The translations under genes and the position numbers were made by a program. The notes below the pieces were generated by a model that had not been told where the DNA came from, ran no database searches, and saw nothing but the letters and a program-made list of their open reading frames with translations. From Prasinococcaceae sp. CCMP 1430 (taxonomy: Eukaryota > Plantae > Prasinodermophyta): a stretch of 64,000 nt of DNA. Below are positions 34,115 to 45,900 of the stretch, piece by piece; the stretch's first letter is position 1, and each line of letters begins with the position of its first letter. The DNA lies in assembly GCA_013416795.1 (NCBI GenBank), contig RQSC01000031.1:171461-235460 (forward strand), read 5' to 3'.

Positions 34115-35655
34115 TCACCAATCTTCATCCCAGCTGGCGAAGCCAGTCTTTGGCTTGTCTGACTTGGGTTTGGAGGACTCGCGTTTAGGACTGCGCTCGC
34201 GCTCGCGGTGGTCGCCGCCACGCTCGCCGTCGCGGCGGCCACGGTCGGGCGTATAGTGGTCGCGCGGCGCAGGCGCGTATCTGTCGCGGCCACCGTCACG
34301 GCGCCCATCGTAAGCATCGTAGCGATCCGCTCCGCCGTGCCTGTCCCTGTCACCGTACCCGCCGTAGCGATCTCGGTCGTAGCGATCTCGGTCGTAGCGA
34401 TCCCGGTCGTATCGATCTCGGTCGTACGACCCGTATCTATCTCGGTCGTATCTGTCGCGGTCGTACCTGTCGCGGTCATAGCGTTCGCTACTATCGCGTG
34501 CGTGCCCGCCGTGCACGCGGTCGCTGCCACCGCCCCGGCCGGAGCTACCATCCGTGCGATTGGGCGCACGTTGACCCATGCCGACAGAGAGCGTCTCCTT
34601 GACCGTCGGGGGGCGGGCGCTGGAGCCCGTTGCGCCGCGGCCCGTGGCGCCTCCCACACCACCATTGCCTCGCGCCGCCGTAGGCAGGCCCTTGTCTCCG
34701 AGCGCTTGCTTGATGTCCCTACCCACCAGCGTAGGAACGCGTGGCAGCAGCGTGTCGAAGTAGTACTGCGCCAGGAGGAGATCGAGCACGAACGCGCCAA
34801 TGGTAGTCTTGCTGCCGTCTGCACCCGGGGCGAACTCCTCCGTGTCCTCGAGGTACGGCTCGAACCAGCTCCACCATTGCTTTGGATCGCAAACGTACCG
34901 CAGCAGCAGGAAGCCCACGGCACGAATGTACGGCGAGTCCTCATGCGCGAGCAGTCTACTGATCTGCCCGTTGTTCAGGCGCATCTCAGCAAAACGAGCC
35001 ACGAGGCAAAACGCGGATGAAGGGCCGCGTGCGTTGCCGCCCATCCATGGCTCAACGTGGGACACTGCGAACGTGCGCATACAGGTTGTGCATGAGCGGA
35101 TACGGGTAGTGCACGCGCGCGAGTGGGGATGCGTGTGCGGCAGCGCAGAAATAACGGCAAACGCGGCATCGTTAGCACACTATGGAGCACACGCAGCCAT
35201 GATCGCTCGCGGTGGCCCAGTGGAGGCGCTTCAACGTACTGCCTTGCCCGGCGGAAGTGGTCCCGCGGCCTGCCTGCCTGTGGGGTCCGCAGCACGAGCG
35301 GGCACCACCCTGGTAGGGCGAACGCGCGCTCGCAGAGGCGGCCACGCACACCGGCAACTGATTGCAGGGTGGTGCTGTGCTAACGTCCGCACCAACTGCA
35401 TCGAGCGAGGGCACGCGCTGCGCGAGAGATCTGCGAGACACGACCGCACCTGGCATCCCCCGCGCAAATTTCTCGCAGCGGCGGCGCTCGCCCCCTGCGC
35501 GCGGGGCAGCTTCACTCACCCTCATTGTAGACCTCGTCCACAAGCTCGTCAAAGGTTTCCACGTTGCGCAGCTGGCGCATGTAGTCGCTCGCCTGCACGT
35601 TCTGCGAGAGAACGCCCTCCATGTTGAGCGTGCTCACGTTGCCATAGACCTCCAT
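34115..35655 (-). CDS. PRP38B: PRP38-family splicing factor (PRP38B/SRL1-like) with RD/RY-rich tail; intron 35065-35519; a GTGAGT at the stop may be another donor
   Basis: DELVDEVYNE|VSHVEPWMGGNARGPSSAFCL, DSPYIRAVGFL and QYYFDTLLPRVP. Confidence 0.9.
34365..34490 (-). repeat. Degenerate 15-bp coding repeat (DRYDR)n in the PRP38 tail
   Basis: Repeated tcgtagcgatctcgg-like units on the + strand. Confidence 0.85.
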
Positions 35656-36319
35656 CGTTGCCGCCTCGTTCTCACGGCCACCGCTGGCGAATGTGAGGGC
35701 GGAGAGAGCGGGTGGGAGTGGGCACGAACGGGAAGCGTGAACAGAGGGAAAGAGGAAGGGGGTACGGGCAGCTCAGCGGTGCCCGCAGAGCGCCTCTGCC
35801 GCGCTTGCGGGCGGCGGCGCCGGCACCGCGCGCGCGCTGTGCGTGGTGACTGACGAGCGGCGCGCCGCCGCCGCGTTGCAGTCGGCGGCTACGGCGGCCC
35901 TCACACCCTCGTTTTTTTCTTTTCTTTTCCCCGAATGCACCCCCCTCACCTTCCGGAATGTGCAAAGCGCAATGACGTTGGAGCTTTTTTTCATCTTTTC
36001 TTGCGAGTGGAAGGGAAGGCGTGTACTACATGCGCGCCACACCTCGCGCGCAGCGCGCGCACGCAGGCGGAGCCCTCCCCCCCGCTTTCTGAGGCCCTGT
36101 GCGCGCGGGGGGGGGGCGTCTCTCTCGCCGTTGCCCTGACGGTGGGGCCGCTCGCGTAAACGCCTGCTGCTGCGCCGTCCCGCGGCCGCAGCCGCCGCGA
36201 CAGCGGCGCCGCCGGCTTCGGCGCCGGCTGTGCCACGCGCTCGGCGGCTGGTCGAGCCCTAACCTTGTGAGCAAGGGGGTGGGGGAGGCGGCGGGGGCTG
36301 CTGGGCAGCGGCGGGCAGC

Positions 36320-36658
36320 ATGGCGGCGAAGCATCATCCAGATCTCGTCATGTGCCGTCAGCAGCCGGGCGTCGCCATCGGCAGGCTATGCGAAAAGTGC
36401 GACGGCCACTGCGTAATCTGTGACTCGTTCGTGCGGCCGCACACGCTCGTGCGCACGTGCGACCAGTGCAACTACGGCTCCTACTCGGGGCGCTGCGTGA
36501 TCTGCGGCGGCGAGGGCGTGGCGGACGCCTACTACTGCAAGGAATGCGTGCAGCTTGAGAAGGACCGCGACGGCTGCCCGAAGATTATCAACCTGGGCAG
36601 CTCAAAGACTGACCTCTTCTTCCAACGCAAGGGTCAATTCAATTTTCAGAAGGGGTAG
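36320..36658 (+). CDS. PHF5A: PHF5A/Rds3, SF3b subunit
   Basis: [29 protein letters not shown]...[22 protein letters not shown]. Confidence 0.98.
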   Translation: MAAKHHPDLVMCRQQPGVAIGRLCEKCDGHCVICDSFVRPHTLVRTCDQCNYGSYSGRCVICGGEGVADAYYCKECVQLEKDRDGCPKIINLGSSKTDLFFQRKGQFNFQKG

Positions 36659-36916
36659 ATGACTCCCTCCCGCGCGTGCGTCCGTGCGCCGATGGGGGAG
36701 CCGCCGCGAGTCCGCATCGATGGGTGGCACTGCCGCAAGGTGGTCAGCCCGATCGAACTTGTAACATATCACTGAGCCAATGCGCAGCGCCGCGGCGACG
36801 CCCGCCCCTTGAGTCTGCTGCACGCGCGCGCGTAGGCAGTACGCACAGTGTTCGTCCTGTGCGCACGTGCGGTCATGCAGAATATGATTACATACCGACG
36901 TGGCCGACCAGACGGC

Positions 36917-38509
36917 TTACATGTGATCCAAGGGCTGGTCTGGCCAGTCGGGCAGGGCGTTGGCCGCCTCCATCACAATCTCCACGAGCTTGCGAGTGAG
37001 CTCAGGCACCTTGGCCGGTGCCGGCGGATACGTCTTTGGTGGGTACCGCCCCGAGAATCGCCGCTTGTCGAAGCGCCACTTGCCAACCTTGCCCGGCGTA
37101 AAGACGCCCTGCTCGTCGTAGTCACACCCGTATGTGTAGTGCAGGATGTAGAAGTCGCTGATGTGCTTGTCCCACGGCGGCTGCGCCATGAAACTGGGGT
37201 AGAGCTTGTGGCGTATTCCCGAGTTCCACGCCGCGAACGAGTAGCCGTACATCTCGAGCACCCAGCCCCACGCCTTGTCGGCCTCCGGATCGTGCTTGAT
37301 GGCTACGCTAATGTTGTGCCACTTGGGCGCGACGATCTCGAGGTCGCCCTTGGCGATCATCGCTGGCGAATTGCCGATCGGGTCTATCTGCTTCATCTCC
37401 TTGGCGGTGATAGGCTTATCGAGAAACCTGTTGGTGATGTCCGGTTCCTTCTGCGGCGTGATGTAGAAGAACGGAAATGCTGCGGGCGTGTGCTCACCGG
37501 CCATCAGGTTGGGAATGGGCCGCAGCCAGAGGTGATCGGGTTCTGACATCATCAAGTACTTCTCGGGGTACTTGTGCCCGAAGTTCTTCAGCCACTGGTG
37601 GATGGCGTTTGGGCGGCTCAGCACGACGAAACCCTTGGTCATGTGCGGCGGCAGTGGGTCGACAACGTCGGTCGGAATCTCGTCCATCAGGCTGTCCTCG
37701 CGTCCACCGTGCAGGATGCGTGTGAAGCCGCCCATGTCCTCTGAGCCGGGCATCGCCTTGACCTTCTTCCATTGGTAGTAATGGACGCGCATCTGCCACT
37801 GGTTGTACACCTTGTCATCTGCCGTCGTGATGGTCCGATACACCTTGTCGTGCACGAAAGGCACGATTGCAGCCGCCTCTTCGGGGAATTGCGTAAGCCC
37901 GCTCGTCCAGTCGGAGTTGTCGCCCTTGGACATGACGCCCGCTGCGTCCGCGCGCGCGTTGTGCTTGAGCCAGCATTCGCCAAACTTCGAGCGACCGTGG
38001 TTGCAGCCCTCCGCCCGGCCGCAGAATACCCACGTGTTGCATCGCTCGACCTTGTCTGTCGGCTTGTGCGCGGCCGCTTGCCGCGAGCAGGAATTGCAGC
38101 ACTCTTCTGCACTGGCCACCATGTTTGTGCTGCCCCACGTCACCAGCTCACCGTTGTACTCGATCCGCTCGCCGCTGCAGGTGGTGGCGCCCGACTGTGC
38201 CAGCTTCGAGGACGAGGAAGGAGAAGGAACAAGCTTGCTGACCACAGCGCTGGCGGCCGCGACTTGGCCGCGCGGCTTTCCTCGCTGCGTGCTCGCCGCG
38301 CCCTCGCTGATTCCCTGTGGATCGATCCCCACAGCGTGCTCGAGCGCGACCATACTCGTAAACGCCGCGTCCTCAGCCTGCTGCACGCGCGACATCACCG
38401 ACGAGGACCTCGACACCACCACCAAGAGCACAAGCACGACCATCGCTATTGCGCTGCACACAGCCGCGCCGTGCAGGCCGCGCCGCCTGCGCCTCCCATC
38501 GTCGGCCAT
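36917..38509 (-). CDS. HPAT: Hydroxyproline O-arabinosyltransferase (GT95) with TM anchor and PAN/Apple-like domain
   Basis: Motifs YNQWQMRVHYY, MGGFTRILH, VLSRP, MSEPDH, GWVLEMYGY and HYTYGCD. The Apple-like region reads ASAEECCNSC...CNTWVFC...CWLK. Confidence 0.92.
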   Translation of the reverse strand: MADDGRRRRRGLHGAAVCSAIAMVVLVLLVVVSRSSSVMSRVQQAEDAAFTSMVALEHAVGIDPQGISEGAASTQRGKPRGQVAAASAVVSKLVPSPSSSSKLAQSGATTCSGERIEYNGELVTWGSTNMVASAEECCNSCSRQAAAHKPTDKVERCNTWVFCGRAEGCNHGRSKFGECWLKHNARADAAGVMSKGDNSDWTSGLTQFPEEAAAIVPFVHDKVYRTITTADDKVYNQWQMRVHYYQWKKVKAMPGSEDMGGFTRILHGGREDSLMDEIPTDVVDPLPPHMTKGFVVLSRPNAIHQWLKNFGHKYPEKYLMMSEPDHLWLRPIPNLMAGEHTPAAFPFFYITPQKEPDITNRFLDKPITAKEMKQIDPIGNSPAMIAKGDLEIVAPKWHNISVAIKHDPEADKAWGWVLEMYGYSFAAWNSGIRHKLYPSFMAQPPWDKHISDFYILHYTYGCDYDEQGVFTPGKVGKWRFDKRRFSGRYPPKTYPPAPAKVPELTRKLVEIVMEAANALPDWPDQPLDHM

Positions 38510-38787
38510 GGCGCCCACGCCCGGCGCGCTGCAGACGGCGTGGCGCCACCCCGGCCGATCCGCCCACTCTCCGCCGCCACCGCCGCGTCGTTGCCACCGA
38601 TGGCCACGCAGCGCACGCTCGCGCCCACCGTGCGCGTGAGGTCCGACAGCGCCACCGCGTGCCCCCCTCCACCCCCGCCCGTCGCGATGNTCGGCGCGCC
38701 ACGCGCCTGACGCGGCGGCGGGCGCGAAAGGGCACGCGCAGTGGGTGGCGACGGCGGCCAGCGACGGCGGCGGCGGCGGCGGCAACG

Positions 38788-39504
38788 ATGGCCGAGCCGG
38801 AGCAGCCGCCGGAGCGCGAGCCGACCAGGGAGGAGTACGGCGAGTTCCTGGTGGAGTCGGCGCGGTACGGCGACGCCGAGGACGTGGCGCAGGCGCTCGG
38901 CGCGGGGCACGATGGGCTCGTCAACCATGCCGACGCGGAAGGGCGCACGGCGCTGCACATGGCTGCTGCGAACGGCCACATGGCCATCGCGGTGACGCTG
39001 CTCGCTGCAGGCGCCGACGCGTGTGCTGTCAACGAGGGCGGAAACACGCCGCTGCACTGGGCGGCGCTGAATGGCCACGTCGCCATCGCGGAGGCGCTCC
39101 TCGAGGCTGGCGGCTCGCCCTTCGCCCTCAATAAGGTTCGTTGCGCTCGCGCTCGCAGCGTTCACGCGGGCCGCGCGCCCACCGCGCGCCGCTGACATGG
39201 CGTGCGCGTCGCGCCGCTGCTGGCAACGTCACAGATGGACGCCACGCCTATGGACGAGGCGCTCGTGCGGCAGCACAAGCCCATGGAGGAGCTCATTCGC
39301 AAGTGGCTGCCGAAGAAGCTCGAAGAGAAGGGCGCGGCTCAGGGGGATGCCGACGCCGAGGCGGCGGCGGTGGACGTGGCTGTGACGGCCGCGACTGCGG
39401 ACGAGGAGCACATCGTGAGGCCAGGGGCAGCGGTGCCGGCGGACGAGAGCGCGATGGCCGATGCAGCTGATGGCGTAGAGCAGATGAACATAGCGACTAA
39501 GTGA
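38788..39504 (+). CDS. Ankyrin-repeat protein (YAR1-like); intron 39136-39234
   Basis: ARYGDAEDV, GRTALHMAAANGH and GNTPLHWAALNGH. Confidence 0.85.
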
Positions 39505-39517
39505 CGTATTAAAAATC

Positions 39518-41100
39518 TCAGAGCTCACCAGCGAGCGGTTGGGCGAGGGGGATGTCCTTGTGCGCGAGATGTAGCATCATCTTCACGACGGCGCACTCCG
39601 GTGTCATCTGCGGCCCCCCCTCACAGCCGAGCAGCATCGCGGCAGTGCCGCTCTGGTAGAGCTCCGGATGCAGGCGCCCCGCCGCGCACTGCGAGGTCAG
39701 GTAGACTTTCAGGCCCTTGGAGCACTGCTCCTCAAGCCATGGCAGCCAGCCGGCCTTAACTGTATCGGGCATGTTGCCCACGCCGAAGACCTCCAGCACG
39801 ATGCCGCGCACGCCGCGTCCGTAAATGTCGCCGTACGCAAAGCGCGGGTCTGAGCCCGGCACGATGGGGACGCGGATGACGTTCGCGTCGAGTTTGAAGC
39901 GCGGGCGGTACGTGCCGACGCTGCGCAGCATATACTCCTCGTGCCAGTCGATGTCCACGCCGAGCGTGGCTAGGTGGCGGTACGACGGCGAGTCGAACGC
40001 ACTGTACGATGACGCGTTCACTTTCTGCGACCTGTTGCCCCGCAGGAGCCTTCCACCAAAGCACACCGCTACCTCCTGCAGTCGCGGGTCCGTCGCGCAG
40101 CTGATGGAGTCGATGAGGTTTGCGCGTGCGTCCGTGCGTGGCATCGCAATCGGCAGCTGCGAGCCAGTCACTACAATAGGCTTCTTGAAGCCAGCCAGCA
40201 TGAGCGAGAGCGCCGAGGCGGTGTACGAGAGCGTATCCGTGCCGTGCACGAGCACAAAGCCATCGTACTGATTTCGGCGCTTGTCGAGCTCCTTTGCAAT
40301 CTTCTTCCACTCGCGTGGCCCCACGCGGCTTGAGTCCGTATTGAACAACACCCGCATGTCCACGTTCGCGAACGAGTTGACCTCGGGCACTGCATGCAAC
40401 AGGTTGGCCAGCAGCGGGCCCGGCTGCAGCCCACCTGGGTACACGCCACCCGTCCCCTCCCGCAGATGCACGTCGGACATAGCCTCTGTCGCATTCTCGA
40501 CGCCGGCAGTGCTCACGTAGCTCGCCTCGGGGTCCATGCCGAGCGTGCCACCCGTGTGCAGGATGAGTACGCTTGGCAGAGGCTTGGTCACGTAGCGTGT
40601 TTTGCCCGAGGTCACGATCGCGCCCGGGCTGTCATCCTCGACAGCGACGGCCGCGGGCGTCGCCGGCTCGGCGAACTCACGCTTTCCCACAGCGTTCGCA
40701 TCCCCGTCGAGCGCCGAAGGAGCGGCCACCTCCTCGTCGGCCGCAACCGCCCCAGCTGCCACATCGCTGGCGCGAGTGTCAGCGCTCGCGCTTGCGCTGT
40801 CGCCCAGAGCGGCGTCCTTCACGAGCGGCGGCGGCGGCAGCGGGCAGCTCACTGCCGTGCTGTGCGCTATCTTGTCGGTGTCGCTGCCGCTGCTGTAGCC
40901 ATCGGTGTCGCTCCACTCGGACTCAGAAGCGCCGCGACCGTTCGACAGAGGGCGCGCGGGCCCTCCGCCCCGCCCCGCGCCCGCCGCCGCGGCCGCACGC
41001 GACCTCCTGCAGACCCGCCGGCTGACCGAGGAAGGGGAGCGCTGCGCCGCGGCTCGTCCCTCCGCGCGCGTCCCGCTCCGCCCCCTCGCGCTCGAGCGAT
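39518..41100 (-). CDS. L-asparaginase type I with N-terminal transit-peptide-like extension; no in-frame ATG found
   Basis: Motifs HTGGTLGM, DSS, HGTDTLSY, VTGSQ, RGNR and MTPECAVVK. Confidence 0.9.
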
Positions 41101-41161
41101 CAGCCCGACCCGAGCTGACCCGCGCGCGCTCCCCGCCCGGTCCGCGCGCCGCCTCGCCCAG

Positions 41162-41694
41162 GCGAACCCGAGGAGCAGGCCCCCGAGCCGACGGCCGGCA
41201 CCGGCATCTTCCACTACTCCGCCACGAGCACCTACGACGGCGAGTGGATCTCGGAGCCCGCCCCGGAGGCCGCCTCGACCGAGGGCGCGGCGGCGGACGG
41301 CGACGGCGGCGCGCCCGCCGAGGGCGACCCAGGCGAGGGAGAGGACGGCGGCGAGAGGGACGGCGCCGCCGCGGGCCCCGCGCGCGTCCGCTTCCGCCAC
41401 GGCCGCGGCAAGCTGGTCACTGGCGACTACACGTACGAGGGCAACTTCGAGCGCGACGAGATGCACGGCAGCGGGGTGTTCACCTTCGCGAGCGGCGCGC
41501 GCTACGACGGGCAGTGGTCGCACAACGCGTACGAGGGGCGCGGCACGTACGTCTGGGCGGACGGCACCTCGTACGAGGGCGAGTGGGCGCAGGGGAAGAT
41601 GCACGGGGACGGGACCTACACAGACAAAGACGGCCACAGGTGGACGGGGCAGTTCTACAATGGGCAAGGGCCCGGGCTCGAGGCGCTGCTGTGA
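41162..41694 (+). CDS. MORN-repeat protein (MORN2-like); only the last exon is visible
   Basis: Repeats YEGNFERDEMHGSG, YDGQWSHNAYEGRG and YEGEWAQGKMHGDG. The exon is preceded by a GCTGAC branch point (41114) and a CAG acceptor (41159-41161). Confidence 0.85.
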
Positions 41695-41833
41695 TCTGAG
41701 CGCCGGGGCGCCCGCGCCGTGCGGGAAGGCGCCGCGCCCGCGCGCCGACTGCGGTAACGGACGGCCCGCGCGCCTACTCCAGGCCGGTGCGTGCATGCGT
41801 GCGTGCGAGCGTGCCGACGAGCACGCGTGTGCA

Positions 41834-42100
41834 TCACTCCTTCTTCTCCTCGACGACGATGTCGGTGAAAGCGAATTGATTCGCGGCGTCCTGCCCGCCG
41901 CCGATGCCCATCACACCGGCGAGTTCCTCCTCGAGCTCCTCGACGAGCTCCCTGGTGGCGTCAATGATCGCCTGCGCGTCCTCGTGCGCGCGCGACAGGC
42001 TCCCCTCGGCCGCGCGGAGCCGCTCCGCGGTGGCCTCGCCCCCGTCGCCGCCGCCGCCGCGGAAGAGGTGGCGCACAGCAGGCGCGCGAGCGCCGCCATA
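41834..42100 (-). CDS. Small hypothetical coiled-coil protein; start unresolved
   Basis: Protein-like frame EATAERLRAAEGSLSRAHEDAQAIIDATRELVEELEEELAG with GC3-rich codons. The nearest ATG is out of frame. Confidence 0.45.
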   Translation of the reverse strand, partial: YGGARAPAVRHLFRGGGGDGGEATAERLRAAEGSLSRAHEDAQAIIDATRELVEELEEELAGVMGIGGGQDAANQFAFTDIVVEEKKE

Positions 42101-42941
42101 GCGCGCTCCCGCGAGCACGCGCTCAGCACCCGTGCTCCCCGCACTCGCTGCAGTGTGGCGCGCGCGCGCAAAAAGGTGCGCGTCGCACCTCCAGACTTTT
42201 TCTTTTGCGACCATTTTGGAGTGAAAATGGTGGGAAATGTTTTTGTTTGTTTGGTGGCGGCGGCGTGGGGGGTGGGTGGGTGGGTGGGGCCACTCCGTGC
42301 CCCTGCCCCGCCTTCCCAAACCCTGTGGTCATGCGGGGTCCCGCAGCGCGCTGAGGCGCGTGCGCGCGGTGCGCGCTCCCCCACCCGCCACCCCTACCTC
42401 CACCCACCCACTCCATTCCCCCACTCGCGAGCCGCCCAGTACCATGCCTCTGCCTTCTGGGGGGCATTCCTGAAGGTGAGCGCACGCGCCTCGCTGCCCA
42501 CGCCAGCCGAGGTCCACATGCGCGCGTTCGGTGATGAGAAACTCTGTGTGCCCCTCGTCTCGAGGGGTCTGACTCGCAGCCCTGGAGAATCAGCAGACGC
42601 CATCCATTTCCTGAGAACGTTGCCGGCCCTTGCCGCTGGTGTGTGCGCTAGCGGCGCGACGCTGCCCGCACGTCCTGACGCCAACCACGCGCTCCTCGCA
42701 GGCGGGCGCCATGGGCGGACCCAAAGTGAGACAGCCGACGGGACCGACCGACTGCAAGACGCATGAGCGCACAGCGCCAGCACGCAGCCGCTGTTGTACA
42801 TTTAACATGTTGTATTACACGCACCATCATGGTGCACGTTCCATGGCAACTTGGCACGCGCGCCGTCCGCTGCCGACTGCAAGCACGAGCCGCGCTCGGG
42901 GTGCCACCTGCGCCGAGGTAGCGCTGCGGTCCGGCCAACAG

Positions 42942-45900
42942 CTAGAACACGAACCCCGAGAGCTCGCCGCCCTCGCTGTCATCCCCGATGTCTGGATTCA
43001 CGACGGCGCTCGCCTCGCCCGCGATGCTGGCGTCGACGTTGGTGAAACTAGACTTGTGAGGTGGACCGTCCAGCTGCGAGGGCGACAGGGCATTCTCGAC
43101 AACGGGCACCCACGCTTCCACGTCTGTCGGAGAGATCGCGCCGTCCTTGCCCACGGCTTCCTCTCCCTCGGCGGGTCCCTGTAGCTGCGCGCCCCGCTCC
43201 GGCGTGTTCACGAGCTGCGGCGAGGGCGGCGGCGAGCGCTTCGGCAGCACCGTCTTAACCGGGGGGAGCATAGGCTGGATGGGCGACAACCCCAACCGCC
43301 CGGATTGCACGGCATATGCAGCAGCGTCGGGGCTCGCAAGGCTGAGACGCGGTTTTCTGAAATGCTTGCCGCGCGCTGAAATCTGGTTGAAGACTTCGGG
43401 ACCGGCCGAGGCCGATCGACGGTGTGCCGGGCGCTGCCGGTGCGGCTGCTTCGGCATGCGCGTCGGAACAGGAACAATGAGCGGCGTCAGCCCAGAGGAA
43501 TGGCCGCCACTCCCAGTGCTGACGTTGCTGCTTGTGCGGCGATGCGTGGGAGCGGTTGGCACAAAGCCGGAAGATGTTGTCTCTGTGAGCGGCGGACGAT
43601 GGCCAACTATAGGGCGCGCCTGATGGTCAGGTGCCTGCGCGTGCCCGTGGCCATAACCCTCATCCTTGTCGCCGAAGGAGTCACCTGTGCCGCCGAAAGT
43701 GCCAATCGACATCGAGCTGCGCGCTGACAGCGGCAATTCCTGGCTGTCGGCCAGACCGGCGCAGTCATCTCCCTCGTTGGCCGACACATCAGCGACTGCG
43801 CCACTCAGTGAGTGCGGATCTTCGTCGTCGGCGTCGTCGAAATCGTCCTCTATGTCAGAGTCGAACGGAAAGTACCGGCCGTCTGCGTCGTCTCCATCCT
43901 CACTGTTGGCCGGGCTGCTGAGCATACCCGTGCTGCCGGGTGGCGCCGAGCTGTAGACCGTCGAAAAGCTGTGGGTTCGCGAAGCAGCGGACTGTACCGA
44001 GCTTAGGATATCACTCATGCTGTCCGCGCCGCCGAACTGGGTTTGTGCGGGCGACGCGCCTGCACCGACCTTCAGTCCGTCAAACCACGACTCACAGAGT
44101 GCGGGCGGCTCGTGTGCAGGCCCCAGCACGTCCATGCGCTGGTCAATCACTACCTCCGAGGGTGTTGGGCGGAGCGAGGCCGCTGCAACGACTGCAGCCG
44201 ATGACGACTTTCCCGTCTGCCCCCCGAGCGCGTCGAACACGCGAGCGGTGACATCGAATGGCGCATGCTCAAGCAGCTGCACTCGCAAATCTTCAAGAAG
44301 ACCGGTGAGGTCGGCGCTGTCGCTGCCACCCGCATGACTGCTTGCGGGCCGTCCGGCGGCACCTCTATCGCCGCCCGCGCCGCCGCCCTGCGACCCCAGC
44401 AGCTCTGCCACCGCCGCAAAGTCACCGCGCGTCCATGCGTGTGCGCGCGCAGCGAGTAGCGACCCGAGCAGGCGCATGAAGGCATTTCGCCACCTGGGCA
44501 CACCGTGGCCCGCCGCAACCACCACGGAGCGCAGCGCGAAGCGCCAGGATTCATCCTCGGGGAATGACAGAGAAAAGCCCGAGAAGAAGTCTCGGAGAAA
44601 GCCCTCGGCCTCCGAGACGCGCCTGGACGATCCCTGACGCTCGCCAAGGGACGCCGTGCCAGCCATGCCCCCGATTTCGAGGTGCTCGAAGGCCGCGTGC
44701 ACCTCTGGCAGAACGAAGCCGCAGCGCGAGACAAAGCGCGCCACGTGCCTCGCTCGGCGCGAACGCGTGGTTGCATCGACGGCGTCGTCGGTGATGGCCA
44801 GCGCTGCCTCCACGAGCAGCACGAGGATCACGAGGCGGTTCCCAGCGGGCAACGAGTCCGCGTACACCTCGCCGTATATCTCGAGCATGGTCAGGCCGCG
44901 CTTTGCGGTGGAGGGGCTGAGCAAAGACCTGAAGAGGGGAGTAGTCACAGCCGCGTCCATGGTGACGCCCATCTCGGCCGCTGCACGTTTCCACGCATCA
45001 CGCATCCTGGATGCCAGCGCGCGCGGCCGCAGGGCCCGCCGGCGGCGTAGATTGCCCGCTCGTCTCCCCCCGCCAAGCAAGAGGTCAGTCGCCAGGGCAA
45101 GCGCCTGGTCGTGCAGGCCAAGTGGGCTCATGCACAGCGCCGCAACAGCCGACGAGGAGAGCAAGTCGAAGATACGCATCCACTCATTCATCGAGAGATA
45201 GTAGGTGGACGCATGCTGGTCGCTGGTCGTTCGGAGGAGGCCAACGCTCCCATCATCGGCCTCGCTGACTTCAGAGTAAGCTCGCCGCCTTGGCCTATCA
45301 GCGATCGAGACATCGTCGAGTTTGTCCGCTGCAGCCCACAGGTGCGGGATCACAGCCTCGAATATTTCGAGCGCACCGCCCGCTGCGCCAGCGTGTCCCG
45401 CGCGCAGAGAGGAGAGAAGTAAGCGCGACACGCCGCGCAGGTCCGCCTCACTCAGCGGCTGACGCATTTCGGCTGCTGCCAGCACGCGCATGGACGCCAG
45501 CACAGCGCGCTCGTCAGTGCACATGAACGCCCACCCGAGCGACTCATGCGCCCAGTCGTGCGCGAGGGATGGATATGATGGCGCGAAGGCGTCGAAGAGC
45601 GCACACACAAACTCGGGATTCAACGACAACTCTGTCGGAGCAGCATCAGGCTCCTTTCCGACGGGAGAGATCAGCACGAAGGGTTCCGGCGAGGTCGTCT
45701 GTGGGTCATCCATTGGCGGCGCGAGTGTCCTGGCAGTCTGCGCATCCCTTGGTCGCGAACGCGAGGGGTGGCGCTCATGGTGCCCATTGAGAGTACCGTT
45801 CGTCGCGGGGCGTGGAGAGTTGCCACGTTTCTCCGTTGCGACCCTCCTGATGCGCGTGTCAGGCATCGGCGAACCTAGAGGGCCTGTTCCCGTGGCTGGC

